The notes under the pieces are model-generated. The model saw only the letters and a list, made by a program, of their open reading frames with translations. It was not told where the DNA came from and searched no databases. Source: Candidatus Woesearchaeota archaeon (GTDB lineage: Archaea > Nanobdellota > Nanobdellia > Pacearchaeales > GW2011-AR1). From it: 37,551 nucleotides of DNA. Where the stretch lies: contig CAZIET010000002.1 in the NCBI GenBank assembly GCA_964538405.1, forward strand, positions 1 to 37,551, read 5' to 3'. Shown here one piece after another: positions 14,925-26,392 of the stretch (position 1 is the stretch's first letter; every line of letters starts with the position of its first letter). Both the position numbers and the translations under genes were made by a program.

Positions 14925-15050
14925 ATGGGAAAAGTAATTCTAAAAAACGCGATAAAAAGGCGACCTGGACATCTTTACTACATCGACGGCAAAGGAAATG
15001 TCTGCGAGGCAGTTATGGCTAGAGGCGGAAAGAAGAAAAAGAAGAGATAA
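14925..15050 (+). CDS. 41-aa basic small protein (not in the ORF track)
   Basis: aaggaggt is followed 6 nt later by the ATG. Product: MGKVILKNAIKRRPGHLYYIDGKGNVCEAVMARGGKKKKKR-stop. A T-rich tract follows. Confidence 0.4.
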   Translation: MGKVILKNAIKRRPGHLYYIDGKGNVCEAVMARGGKKKKKR

Positions 15051-15085
15051 TTCCTCTAATTTGTTTTTTATTTTTTAATAAATTT
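15051..15085. terminator. T-rich bidirectional terminator region between convergent genes
   Basis: ttcctctaatttgttttttattttttaataaatttttatttttta contains oligo-T runs, which serve as termination signals in archaea. Confidence 0.35.
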
Positions 15086-15904
15086 TTATTTTTTACTTAA
15101 AATCATCCTGACTGTGAGTTCGTCGTCAGGGTTTGTTATTTCCGGAGACTTGTAATCGCTTATGTACACTTTCATTGTCATTTTTCCTTCTTTGGTTAGT
15201 TGGCTTAAATTATCCGGCAGCATAGATTCAATATCCCTGTTACCTTGATGTTCTTCCTTGAATTTGATTACTTTTTTGTTTAATTCTTCCAAAATATTTT
15301 TGTTCAAGTAGAGCAAATTCATATTACATAAGCTTTCCTCATTCAATCCATGTGAAGCTAAAGTTTCCTTACTTATTCCCTTGAACTCCTTCATTTCAAT
15401 AACATTTTTATTTTTGTCAACTATGATTATTCCCCTATTAACAGTTCCTGTTTCTGGAAGGCTGTTTTTCAAGATATATCCGACAATTGCAGGATTTTTA
15501 CTTATTTTAGAATGATTGACTAATGTTTGAAAAGCTTCCTCCCCATATATTTCATCTCCATTTGCAGCCACAAATTCATCATCAATTAAATCAATTGCAG
15601 AACAAAGTGCATCCTGTGTTCCCCATGGCCTGTTTCTTTTTTCAGGATCAAATTTTTGCAGAGCATATTCTACTGGAATTCCTTTGTATTCATTTCCAAA
15701 TTTAACCTTGAAAGGTTTCTCAGTTTTATTTCCGACAACAAAGATAATTTTGTCAAATGAGTTGGTTTTAAGTGCCTGGTCTAAAGAGTATTCAATTAAG
15801 GTCTCTCCATTTGGGCCAACTTGAGCGAATTGTTTTATTTTTCCTCCGAAACGGCTGGACATTCCCGCAACCATATAAAGAAGTGCCAGTGGCATATTGA
15901 GCAT
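15086..15904 (-). CDS. Sugar-phosphate nucleotidyltransferase family protein
   Basis: The N-terminal VAGMSSRFGG (G-x-G-x-R type pyrophosphorylase loop), PWGTQDAL and NGDEIY motifs are present. 272 aa. Confidence 0.7.
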   Translation of the reverse strand: MLNMPLALLYMVAGMSSRFGGKIKQFAQVGPNGETLIEYSLDQALKTNSFDKIIFVVGNKTEKPFKVKFGNEYKGIPVEYALQKFDPEKRNRPWGTQDALCSAIDLIDDEFVAANGDEIYGEEAFQTLVNHSKISKNPAIVGYILKNSLPETGTVNRGIIIVDKNKNVIEMKEFKGISKETLASHGLNEESLCNMNLLYLNKNILEELNKKVIKFKEEHQGNRDIESMLPDNLSQLTKEGKMTMKVYISDYKSPEITNPDDELTVRMILSKK

Positions 15905-15945
15905 AATTTAAAATGTTTTATAAAGATTTGTTGTATTTTTTGTTT

Positions 15946-16935
15946 ATGGCAACTGGACTTGGCTTAGAGTGCACTTCGCATACATTGGGGGTAGGTATTA
16001 TTAGAAATGGAAAAATATTGGCTAATGAAAAGGATTCTTACACTACTGAGCATGGGGGAATTATCCCTATGGAGGCCGCAAAACATCACGAAAGAGTTTT
16101 TAATGAAGTGTTGAATAAAGCTTTAGAGAAATCAAAAATAAAATTAGAACAATTAGATTTTATCAGTATATCAAATGCTCCGGGGCTTGCACCGTGTCTT
16201 GTTGTTGGCATGAAAAAAGCAAAAGAACTTTCCAGAAAATTGAACAAGCCGTTAGTCCCTGTAAATCATTGTATTAGTCATTTGGAAATAGGAAGAATAA
16301 CTGGGGCAAAAGATCCGGTGATGTTGTATGCTTCAGGGGCAAATACCCAAATAATAGCCTATGCCGGAGGCAAATACAGAATTTTTGGAGAAACTCTTGA
16401 TATTGGCATTGGAAACTTTCTTGACAATTTTGCAAGATATTTGGGAATTGGTTTTCCTGGAGGACCAAAGGTGGAGAAATTAGCCTTGAAAAGCAAGAAT
16501 TATATTGAATTGCCTTACAAAGTAAAAGGAATGGACATTGCACTTTCTGGAATATTAACTAACTTAAAACAGAAAGTTGAAAGCAAGAATTTTAAGAAAG
16601 AGGATTTGGCTTACTCTACACAGGAAACTGTTTTCGCTATGCTTGTTGAAGTTTCCGAAAGGGCCATGGCACACATTGGGAAAAAGGAATTATTACTTGG
16701 AGGAGGTGTGGGATGCAACAAAAGATTGCAGGAAATGTGCAGAATAATGTGCAAGGAAAGAAATGCCAAATTTTTTGTGCCTGAAAATTCATTGCTCGTT
16801 GATAACGGGGGAATGATAGCTTTCACAGGAGAACTAATGTTTAAAGCTGGCGTTAAATATTTACCAAGAGATTTGAGCAAAGTGGATATAAAACCAAGAC
16901 AAAGAACTGATGAAGTGGAAGTTACATGGCGCTAA
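15946..16935 (+). CDS. kae1: tRNA N6-adenosine threonylcarbamoyltransferase Kae1
   Basis: GLECTSHTLGVGI..., VNHCISHLE (the metal-binding HxxxH) and GGVGCNKRL are present. ASKHA fold length. The ATG at 15946 is preferred to 15913. Confidence 0.9.
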   Translation: MATGLGLECTSHTLGVGIIRNGKILANEKDSYTTEHGGIIPMEAAKHHERVFNEVLNKALEKSKIKLEQLDFISISNAPGLAPCLVVGMKKAKELSRKLNKPLVPVNHCISHLEIGRITGAKDPVMLYASGANTQIIAYAGGKYRIFGETLDIGIGNFLDNFARYLGIGFPGGPKVEKLALKSKNYIELPYKVKGMDIALSGILTNLKQKVESKNFKKEDLAYSTQETVFAMLVEVSERAMAHIGKKELLLGGGVGCNKRLQEMCRIMCKERNAKFFVPENSLLVDNGGMIAFTGELMFKAGVKYLPRDLSKVDIKPRQRTDEVEVTWR

Positions 16936-17470
16936 GAGAAAATGGCTTAGATATTTCATATTTGGCCGAAGAATCTTCTTTTTTTAATCCTAGTTGATTC
17001 ATCACTTTTTCCGTATCCCTTAAAACAACCCTTTCGATGGTAGATTCAGCGTCTTTTTCAGTGGCAAGAGAGTAAGTCATATTATTAAGGTCTACTTCTC
17101 CAATCCCCCTCCATTTATAACTAACATCTTTTTCTTTTGCAGCTTGGGATGGAGAAAATCTAATTTCATATCTTTGAGATTCCCTGACCAAATCTATATT
17201 TCCTATTCTTGGTATTTTTTTGCCATAATTATGATTACCTTCCTGTAGAGAGACAAATAGTTCTTGTAGTGTCTCGTTTAATCCCCTTTCTGCCAGGTAA
17301 AGGTCTACACTTTCTTTTATTCTTTCCACATTTTCCGGAGATTTTGCACGCCTTATGTCTAATCCAATGGAATTACCCATGGTCGGAATAGTTTCCTCAC
17401 AAATTTCTAATTTTTCTTCAAATGTTATTCCTTCTTCAAAAGCCCTTTCAATCAGCGTCTTTTTTCCCAT
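16922..17470 (-). CDS. Hypothetical protein
   Basis: 182-aa ORF with balanced composition. It overlaps the kae1 3' end convergently by 14 nt. Confidence 0.4.
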   Translation of the reverse strand: MGKKTLIERAFEEGITFEEKLEICEETIPTMGNSIGLDIRRAKSPENVERIKESVDLYLAERGLNETLQELFVSLQEGNHNYGKKIPRIGNIDLVRESQRYEIRFSPSQAAKEKDVSYKWRGIGEVDLNNMTYSLATEKDAESTIERVVLRDTEKVMNQLGLKKEDSSAKYEISKPFSLSAM

Positions 17471-17745
17471 GCTTCCGCTTATTTTCTTTACTTTAAAAGA
17501 ATTTGTGTGATTGTACTAAAATGTACTCTATTTCTATTTATAGTTTTTAAATCTACTTTTATCTGTCACACTCAGCCATGCTCGTAACTTTCCCTGCCCC
17601 CTTTGTTACTAATAACATGACTGATGTGGCAATTATATTCCAAAAATCTCAGGAAATCTTAATTTTATCTAGCTATTTTTGCAAGATTTAGCTTAGTTGG
17701 TTTTCCTCTTAATTCTGTATATTTTTCTTCGTAAGCTGCTTGGTA

Positions 17746-17762
17746 GCAAAACTTTTATAAAT
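17746..17762 (+). promoter_or_regulatory. BRE/TATA-like promoter of the L7Ae operon
   Basis: gcaaaacttttataaat lies about 75 nt upstream of the L7Ae ATG, implying a leader of about 50 nt. Confidence 0.4.
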
Positions 17763-17834
17763 GGACTTTTGTGTTAATATTCATCCGATGAACGAATTAT
17801 CGCGAGGAGATAAACTCGTTCTTCACAAACTACA

Positions 17835-18137
17835 ATGGATGTCTATAACTTAGTAGAAAGGGCAAAGAAATCTGGAAAGATAGAGAAAGGTACAAACGAA
17901 GTTACCAAGGCTATCGAGAGAGGAACTGCTAAATTCGTTGCTTATGCTTCTGACGTAGAACCAAAAGAAATTATTCAACATATTCCTATCTTATGCAAAG
18001 AAAAGAAAATTCCATGTCAAGCTGTAGATAGCAAACAAAAACTTGGAATAGCAGTTGGATTGCCAGTTTCAACTTCTTCTATAGCAATAATTGAAGCAGG
18101 CGATACAGATTCAGAAATTAAATCAATGAAGGCCTAA
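17835..18137 (+). CDS. rpl7ae: Ribosomal protein L7Ae
   Basis: KGTNEVTKAIERGTAKFVAYASDVEPKEIIQHIPILCKEKKIPC is the canonical L7Ae core. Confidence 0.9.
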   Translation: MDVYNLVERAKKSGKIEKGTNEVTKAIERGTAKFVAYASDVEPKEIIQHIPILCKEKKIPCQAVDSKQKLGIAVGLPVSTSSIAIIEAGDTDSEIKSMKA

Positions 18138-18138
18138 G

Positions 18139-18342
18139 ATGTCAACACGCCAATCAAGATCTTCTAATATAGAACGTCAGGCAATTACTGAGCAAGTTAA
18201 TCTATATGATTTGGATGTGCTTCAAAGAGAGTTAGATGAATTAAATTATACAATGGCACTTGATGGAGATGATACTTCTCCGATGTCTCTTAAAGCATAC
18301 GAATCTCTTTCTCAACCAAGGGGAGGTTATAGAATAAATTAA
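18139..18342 (+). CDS. Unknown 67-aa acidic protein inserted between L7Ae and S28e genes
   Basis: Its ATG lies 1 nt after the L7Ae stop, and its stop lies 1 nt before the S28e ATG. Confidence 0.45.
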   Translation: MSTRQSRSSNIERQAITEQVNLYDLDVLQRELDELNYTMALDGDDTSPMSLKAYESLSQPRGGYRIN

Positions 18343-18343
18343 A

Positions 18344-18640
18344 ATGGCAAAGACACAACAAAAGAAAGAAGGATCTCAACAACAATCTCAAAAAGGAAGC
18401 GATAGAATCACAACTGGAGAGGCAGTTCCTGCAATTGTCGAAGAACTTCTTGGAAGAACAGGATTCAGAGGAGAAATTACTCAAGTCAAATGTTTAGTTC
18501 AAACAGGGAAAGATGAAGGAAGATCAATGAGAAGAAATGTTCGTGGTCCTGTAAAGGTTGGTGATTTATTAATGCTCAGGGAAACAGAAATTGAAGCAAG
18601 AAGAATAAAATCAAAAGTAACAAAGGGAGCGTACACATAG
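18344..18640 (+). CDS. rps28e: Ribosomal protein S28e with a K/Q-rich N-terminal extension
   Basis: GRTGFRGEITQVKCLV...GRSMRRNVRGPVKVGDLLMLRETEIEARRI is the S28e core. About 25 extra N-terminal residues are present. Confidence 0.85.
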   Translation: MAKTQQKKEGSQQQSQKGSDRITTGEAVPAIVEELLGRTGFRGEITQVKCLVQTGKDEGRSMRRNVRGPVKVGDLLMLRETEIEARRIKSKVTKGAYT

Positions 18641-18835
18641 ATGAGAAGCATTGATTATTCAGTCCGAGAAGAAAGAAAACCTTCTATTGAAGAGAAGAGG
18701 ATTACTGAAAGTATAATGCCTTATGTAGACAGTCATGGCGGAGCAGGAGCATATGTTAGAGTCAATGGATCTAGAGCAACTATTCATGTTTTACCTTACG
18801 GTCAATTAGCTGAAGGAGAAACCTACGATGCCTAA
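18641..18835 (+). CDS. Unknown 64-aa protein inserted between S28e and L24e genes
   Basis: Its ATG directly abuts the S28e stop (tagatg). Its 3' end overlaps the L24e start by 8 nt. Confidence 0.45.
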   Translation: MRSIDYSVREERKPSIEEKRITESIMPYVDSHGGAGAYVRVNGSRATIHVLPYGQLAEGETYDA

Positions 18836-19079
18836 ATGTGTTTATTGTGATAAAGAATATGATATTCACAGGGGAGTAACTATAGTTACAAACAAAGGAA
18901 ATATCAATTATTTGTGTTCCTCAAAATGCAGAAAGAACATGGCAATGAAAAGAAGAAAGGTCAGATGGGTTGACAAGGCAATAATGAGCAAAGAGGAACA
19001 AGTTGAAGCAATGAAAAAAGCTGAGGAAGAAAAGGAAGACAAGGCAGTTGTTATTGCAGAAGCAAACGGAAAGAAATAA
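18828..19079 (+). CDS. rpl24e: Ribosomal protein L24e
   Basis: MPKCVYCDKEYDIHRGVTIV...NYLCSSKCRKN is the L24e zinc-ribbon pattern. Confidence 0.85.
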   Translation: MPKCVYCDKEYDIHRGVTIVTNKGNINYLCSSKCRKNMAMKRRKVRWVDKAIMSKEEQVEAMKKAEEEKEDKAVVIAEANGKK

Positions 19080-19082
19080 TTC

Positions 19083-19424
19083 TTAATTATTAAAATACTC
19101 TGGTTCAAGCCGTACTTTTCGTTCTGAAAATAAATAATCAGATACCTCTTTTGCTATGGATTCTGCTCTTTTTACCGAATTCCATTCTTTAGGATCACCG
19201 GCTTTTAATGTGAAAGCATCTAAAGGTCCAGGAGTTCCTAAAGCCAATATATCTGGCTCTTCATTACCTACTTGATATACAATACCAGCTCCAACCTTTG
19301 CAGGATTATCCTTTCCAAAAGGACAATTTGGTAATATTCCATAAACTATATGCATAATTTTTACGTTTTGAGGAACATTATCCACTAATTTTCGTGCTAA
19401 ATCCTTGGGCTCATTTTCAGACAT
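19083..19424 (-). CDS. Hypothetical protein
   Basis: 113-aa ORF with balanced composition. It converges on the L24e gene. Confidence 0.4.
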   Translation of the reverse strand: MSENEPKDLARKLVDNVPQNVKIMHIVYGILPNCPFGKDNPAKVGAGIVYQVGNEEPDILALGTPGPLDAFTLKAGDPKEWNSVKRAESIAKEVSDYLFSERKVRLEPEYFNN

Positions 19425-19539
19425 AATTTTAATTCTATCTATTTGTTTTTAAATGTTATGAAACTAGAATCCTATATGAATTCTACCCTTTCCCGTCGAG
19501 AAACACCCAATTTTTGGTAGCAAGCTTTTTAAAGAATAG

Positions 19540-21779
<2,240 letters not shown>

Positions 21780-21782
21780 AAA

Positions 21783-22085
21783 ATGGCAAAAAAAGCAAAA
21801 TTAAAAACACCAGATTGGATTTTGGAAGGGTATGATTCAGAAGATGAATACAACAAGAAAAAGGGAGTAAAAAAGCAGAAGTCCGGAAAGACATTCAAAT
21901 TGAGAGAATGCCCTAAATGCAAGAGTGATGATGTTCGAGTAGTTCTTGGTGGTGACGAAGGAAGGGGGAGGCATGGATGGGAGTGCAGGAAATGCCAGTG
22001 GAGTGGAGAGAATGTTGTTGAAAGGGAATTAACAGAAGACCAATTCATGGAATATTTGGACAAGAAAGGAGAGCCCGTAGCATGA
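21783..22085 (+). CDS. Zinc-ribbon protein between gyrB and gyrA
   Basis: CPKC-x19-CRKC has four Cys in a ribbon arrangement. ATGA overlap with the gyrA start. Confidence 0.55.
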   Translation: MAKKAKLKTPDWILEGYDSEDEYNKKKGVKKQKSGKTFKLRECPKCKSDDVRVVLGGDEGRGRHGWECRKCQWSGENVVERELTEDQFMEYLDKKGEPVA

Positions 22086-24526
22086 CGAACGAAGAACAAA
22101 AGAAACTGGAAGAAGAGAAAGGAGTTATTGTAACTGAAGTCTCTGAAGAAATGAAAAAGGCATATCTTGACTATGCCATGAGTGTTATAGTTTCAAGAGC
22201 AATCCCTGCAGTTGAAGACGGAATGAAGCCAGTTCACAGAAGAATACTTTATGCAATGGACTTATTGGGATTGCAAAGCAACAAACAGACAAGAAAGTGT
22301 GCAAGAGTTGTCGGAGATGTTCTTGGTAAATTCCATCCACATGGGGATGTTGCAGTTTATGATTCATTAGTTAGAATGGCTCAGGATTTCTCTTTAAGAT
22401 ATCCTTTAATATTTGGGCAAGGAAATTTTGGATCAATTGATAATGATCCTCCGGCTGCTATGAGATATACAGAGGCAAAACTTAATCAAATAGCTGAAGA
22501 GTTGCTTGAAGATATAGACAAGGAAACGGTTGAATTCATTCCAAATTTTGATAATTCCACAAAAGAGCCTACATTATTACCTGGAAAATTACCAAACTTG
22601 TTATTGAATGGGGCAGCAGGAATTGCAGTTGGAATGGCTACAAATATTCCCCCCCATAATCTGACTGAAGTTGCAGATGCAATAAATGCTTACATAAAAA
22701 ACCCAGACATCACAATAGAAGAGTTGTGCAAAATAGTTCTTGGTCCTGATTTCCCAACTGGGGGAGCTGTAAATGGAGACATGGTTGAGATGTACAAGAC
22801 AGGAAAAGGAAGATTGATCATGAGGGGAAAGGTAACAACAGAATCAGACAAAGGGAGAGATTCCATCATTATAACTGAAATTCCATATATGCTTAATAAA
22901 ACAACTCTTGTTGAACAAATTGCGGCATTGATTCAGAATAAAAAAATAATTGATGTATCTGACTTGAGAGATGAATCTGCAAAAGGAAAGATAAGAATTG
23001 TTTTGGAGTTAAAGAAAAATGCAAATCCTAAATTCATAACAAATGCCTTGTACAAATATACCAGACTTCAGGATTCTTTCAATGCTAATTTTTTGGCATT
23101 AGTTGAAGGGCAACCAAGAGTATTGAACTTGAAACAGATTCTTGAAGAATATGTCAAATACAGGGAGAAGATTGTAACAAAAAGAACAAAGTTTGATTTG
23201 AAAAAATCCAAGGAAAGACAGGAAATTGTTGAGGGATTGCTTATTGCATTGAAGAATATTGATGAAGTAATAGCTTTAATCAAGAAATCCAAAGGGACAA
23301 CTGAAGCATCCGATGCATTAACTTCTAAATTCAAACTTACCAAAAATCAGGCCAAGGCAGTTTTGGAAACAAGATTGCAGCAATTAACCTCTTTGGAAAC
23401 CACAAAACTAAAAGAAGAGGCTGAAGAATTAAAGATTAAAATTGCAGAATATGAGAATATCCTTGGAGATGTAAAAGAAGTATTGAAAATAATTACAAGA
23501 GAGGTTTCTGAATTGAAGAGAAAATATGGTGATGGAAGAAGAACTTCAATTGCACACAGAATAACTGAATTATCTGAGAAAGAGTTGGTTCAGAAGAAAG
23601 AAATTGTAGTAACGATAACCGATAAGGGATATACTAAAAGAATGGATGTGAAGAGCTACAAGGAGCAGAAAAGAGGAGGAAAGGGAGTAATTGGAAGCGG
23701 ATTAACGACCGGAGACTTTGTAAAACAGATTATTACTTGTTCAACCCATGATTATTTGCTGTTTTTTACTTCCAGAGGAAGATTGTTGTGGTTAAAGGCG
23801 CATGAGATTCCTGAAACTGAAAGGTACGGAAAAGGAAAAGCTTTGGTTAATCTTTTGAGCCTGAAAGAAGAGACAATAACAAATGTAATTTCCGTGAAGA
23901 ACTTTGAAGGATTCTTGTTCATGGCCACAAAAAAAGGAGTCGTGAAAAAGATTTCACTGGAAAATTTCTCAAATCCAAGGGCTGGGGGAATTCGTGCCAT
24001 TAATCTGCCGGAAGACAATTCTGATGCTCTTATTGGAGTTGATTTGGTAAAAGAAGGACAGGAAGTTCTACTTGCTTCGAAGAAAGGACAGGCTGTGAGG
24101 TTCAATAGCTCTGACGTAAGAGATATGGGAAGGGCAAGCTATGGAGTTACAGGAATCAATTTGGATAAAGTGGATGAAGTTGTAAGCCTTGAGATTATTG
24201 ATACAAAGGAAGTATTAACAATTTCCAAACTAGGATATGGAAAAAGAACAGAAGTGGAAAATTACAGGAAGACTGCTCGTGGTGGAAAGGGAGTGATCAA
24301 TTTGAAGATTACCGATAAAACAGGAGATGTCGTGAAAACAATCTCTGCAAATGAGAATGATGGAATAATAATTACGACTGCAAAAGGAATTGTGATAAGG
24401 ACAAACCTATCCAACATCAGAGTAATGGGAAGAGCTGCGCAAGGTGTAAGAATTGTTAAATTGCAGTCTGGAGATCATGTTACTGACTTGATAAGGGTTG
24501 TAGATATTATTGAGAATGAAGAGTAG
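22082..24526 (+). CDS. gyrA: DNA gyrase subunit A
   Basis: [19 protein letters not shown] and AAMRYTE (the catalytic Tyr region) are present, with C-terminal beta-pinwheel repeats. 814 aa. Confidence 0.95.
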   Translation: MTNEEQKKLEEEKGVIVTEVSEEMKKAYLDYAMSVIVSRAIPAVEDGMKPVHRRILYAMDLLGLQSNKQTRKCARVVGDVLGKFHPHGDVAVYDSLVRMAQDFSLRYPLIFGQGNFGSIDNDPPAAMRYTEAKLNQIAEELLEDIDKETVEFIPNFDNSTKEPTLLPGKLPNLLLNGAAGIAVGMATNIPPHNLTEVADAINAYIKNPDITIEELCKIVLGPDFPTGGAVNGDMVEMYKTGKGRLIMRGKVTTESDKGRDSIIITEIPYMLNKTTLVEQIAALIQNKKIIDVSDLRDESAKGKIRIVLELKKNANPKFITNALYKYTRLQDSFNANFLALVEGQPRVLNLKQILEEYVKYREKIVTKRTKFDLKKSKERQEIVEGLLIALKNIDEVIALIKKSKGTTEASDALTSKFKLTKNQAKAVLETRLQQLTSLETTKLKEEAEELKIKIAEYENILGDVKEVLKIITREVSELKRKYGDGRRTSIAHRITELSEKELVQKKEIVVTITDKGYTKRMDVKSYKEQKRGGKGVIGSGLTTGDFVKQIITCSTHDYLLFFTSRGRLLWLKAHEIPETERYGKGKALVNLLSLKEETITNVISVKNFEGFLFMATKKGVVKKISLENFSNPRAGGIRAINLPEDNSDALIGVDLVKEGQEVLLASKKGQAVRFNSSDVRDMGRASYGVTGINLDKVDEVVSLEIIDTKEVLTISKLGYGKRTEVENYRKTARGGKGVINLKITDKTGDVVKTISANENDGIIITTAKGIVIRTNLSNIRVMGRAAQGVRIVKLQSGDHVTDLIRVVDIIENEE

Positions 24527-24544
24527 TGTCACTAAATGGTGACA
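24527..24544 (+). terminator. Short hairpin immediately after the gyrA stop
   Basis: tgtcac-taaatg-gtgaca forms a 6-bp stem and is followed by AT-rich sequence. Function unproven. Confidence 0.25.
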
Positions 24545-24586
24545 ACTAATAGAAAGATTTATAAATAATATTTTTTACAGATTATA

Positions 24587-25066
24587 ATGAAAAATTTACT
24601 TAGAAGGATTGGATTGGTTGGTGCTCTAGCTGGAAGCCTTGGAATTAGTACTCAAGCAGCAAATGCTCAGACGTGCTTAATTCCACATGATACTGTCTTG
24701 GATTTAGTTTTAACTATGATTGATTCTGTAGATAGAAGGAAAATGATTACTGATGCAGATGGAAAAGTTTACATTAAAGTTGAAGATGATTTAGATACTA
24801 TTAACGAACTTATTAGGAATACCGATAAATACATGGTAACACCAGGTCAAAATAATACTGATAAGAATTTTGTTTATGAAACATTAGAAAGAGCTTTAGG
24901 GACATTAGAACCGCACGATAATTATGTTATAGAACTCAATCTTAAAGGAGATAAGGTATTAAGACCGGGAGAGGTATCAAATATTTATAATAGAGATGGG
25001 CGACAATTAAGAGCGTCTGTGATGTACCCTAATTGTCAAAATTCATTTTTGAAGTTTGAGGAATAA
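24587..25066 (+). CDS. Secreted protein, unknown function
   Basis: The signal peptide is MKNLLRRIGLVGALAGSLGISTQAANAQ. Two Cys. It lies 3 nt upstream of the next secreted-protein gene. Confidence 0.5.
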   Translation: MKNLLRRIGLVGALAGSLGISTQAANAQTCLIPHDTVLDLVLTMIDSVDRRKMITDADGKVYIKVEDDLDTINELIRNTDKYMVTPGQNNTDKNFVYETLERALGTLEPHDNYVIELNLKGDKVLRPGEVSNIYNRDGRQLRASVMYPNCQNSFLKFEE

Positions 25067-25069
25067 TAA

Positions 25070-25534
25070 ATGAAGAACTTAAAACAAAAGGTAGCAAGTG
25101 CTTTAGCAGGATTAGGGATGAGTTTAGTAAGTGCTTTAAATTTTTCTCAGGCTACTGAAGCAAGATTTCCTTTTAATGATGTAACTAAATGCTACCCCTT
25201 GGAAGTATATGCTGGTTTCCAAAGAGGTATAGTAGAAGGTACTGCTAGAACCCCAAGATATGATATTGAAGGTCTTGCGATTATTAGGGATCTTGACGGA
25301 GATAAGGAGATTGACGAAGTAGTATTTCCATATTTAGATACGCCAAATGGTCCATTAAAAATTATTAAAAGGGCGCCCGGTAGAAAAAGTCCTTCATATA
25401 AACCTATGAATCTTCCCCCACATTATGGATTTGATTTAGATATGTATGGTCTTGATAACTTGGGAAAAGTTGTAATAATGAATATCTTTCAGGATGAGTT
25501 TGATCATACTGGGATGAAAGGATGTATTAATTAA
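25070..25534 (+). CDS. Secreted protein with CYP...DxDGD Ca-loop-like motif; paralog of 28984..29283
   Basis: A signal peptide is followed by KCYPLEV, IIRDLDGDKEIDEVVFP, PLKIIKR and a terminal GCIN. These align with SCYPSVV, VIDADGDNIVDQAFFP, KLIKISK and the terminal FCD of 28984..29283. Confidence 0.55.
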   Translation: MKNLKQKVASALAGLGMSLVSALNFSQATEARFPFNDVTKCYPLEVYAGFQRGIVEGTARTPRYDIEGLAIIRDLDGDKEIDEVVFPYLDTPNGPLKIIKRAPGRKSPSYKPMNLPPHYGFDLDMYGLDNLGKVVIMNIFQDEFDHTGMKGCIN

Positions 25535-26352
25535 CTCTTTTCTTTCAATTCATAATATTCATCAAGAGTCAACTGCTTTGAAGGAGCTTTGTTTCCCCAT
25601 GCAGGACAAATTGGTTTGAATTCACACCAATGGCATAACAAAGATTTTGTTGGAGCAAATTCCTTTGTCGATTCAATTTCCTTTATCAGATTTATAGTAT
25701 CTTCTTTCAGATTCTTCAGCTGCTCATCTGTTCTTTTTGAGTGGATTCTTTTATTGAATGAGAGGTAATGCCAAATTAGAATCACTTTTTTGTCTTCACC
25801 ATACATTTCCTTTATTGCAATTGAATACAATGCCAATTGCCTGTCATTCTCAATGGCTTCATCAGTTGGAAGAGTATTTGATGTTTTGTAATCATGAACT
25901 TCATATTCTTCTGTTTTTGTGTTGTAGCAAAGCCTGTCAATAAACCCCCTAATCTTGTATCTACCCTCTTTGTCTAAATTAATTGTAATTTCTTTTTCAA
26001 CTTCAATTGTGTCCTCATCAAAAGGCTTGTTCTTTAGATAATAGTTAATCAAGAATTGGATCCCTTTGTTGAAATAATCATCCTTGGTCATGTTCTTCTT
26101 CACTATTGGGATCTCTTCTTCAAAATCCTCTTTCCAGTTCTGAGCATAGTTCACTATCACTTCATCGATTTCCGGGATTCTCTTGTTCTTTACCTGTATG
26201 TAGAGCCATTCCAAAGTCCTGTGCACTGAGCTTCCCAAATGGGATTCAATTGTTTTTTCTATATCAGGAATTATTTTGTCTATATACCTAAACTTGAACT
26301 TCAGCTTGCATTGTTCAAACGTGCTCAATCTTGAATGAGAAAATACCTCCAT
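25531..26352 (-). CDS. PD-(D/E)XK nuclease of the Cas4/RecB/AddB type with a four-Cys cluster
   Basis: The N-terminus is SHSRLSTFEQCKLKFKFRYI, GFIDRLC...YEVHDYKTS supplies the D...D/E-x-K motif, QLALY follows, and the C-terminus is CHWCEFKPIC. One N-terminal Cys plus CxxCx5C is the Fe-S arrangement seen in Cas4. Confidence 0.75.
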   Translation of the reverse strand: MEVFSHSRLSTFEQCKLKFKFRYIDKIIPDIEKTIESHLGSSVHRTLEWLYIQVKNKRIPEIDEVIVNYAQNWKEDFEEEIPIVKKNMTKDDYFNKGIQFLINYYLKNKPFDEDTIEVEKEITINLDKEGRYKIRGFIDRLCYNTKTEEYEVHDYKTSNTLPTDEAIENDRQLALYSIAIKEMYGEDKKVILIWHYLSFNKRIHSKRTDEQLKNLKEDTINLIKEIESTKEFAPTKSLLCHWCEFKPICPAWGNKAPSKQLTLDEYYELKEKS

Positions 26353-26392
26353 TTTTGTTCAAAACTTAGAAAAAATAGATTGTTATAAACTT

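Noticed and set aside
17781-17834. K-turn or box C/D-like element (ccGATGAacg) in the L7Ae leader
   Set aside because: There is no matching CUGA/GA partner positioned to form tandem sheared G-A pairs next to a 3-nt bulge. The hairpin gaacga/tcgttc pairs canonically through the GA. Only a generic hairpin is supported.
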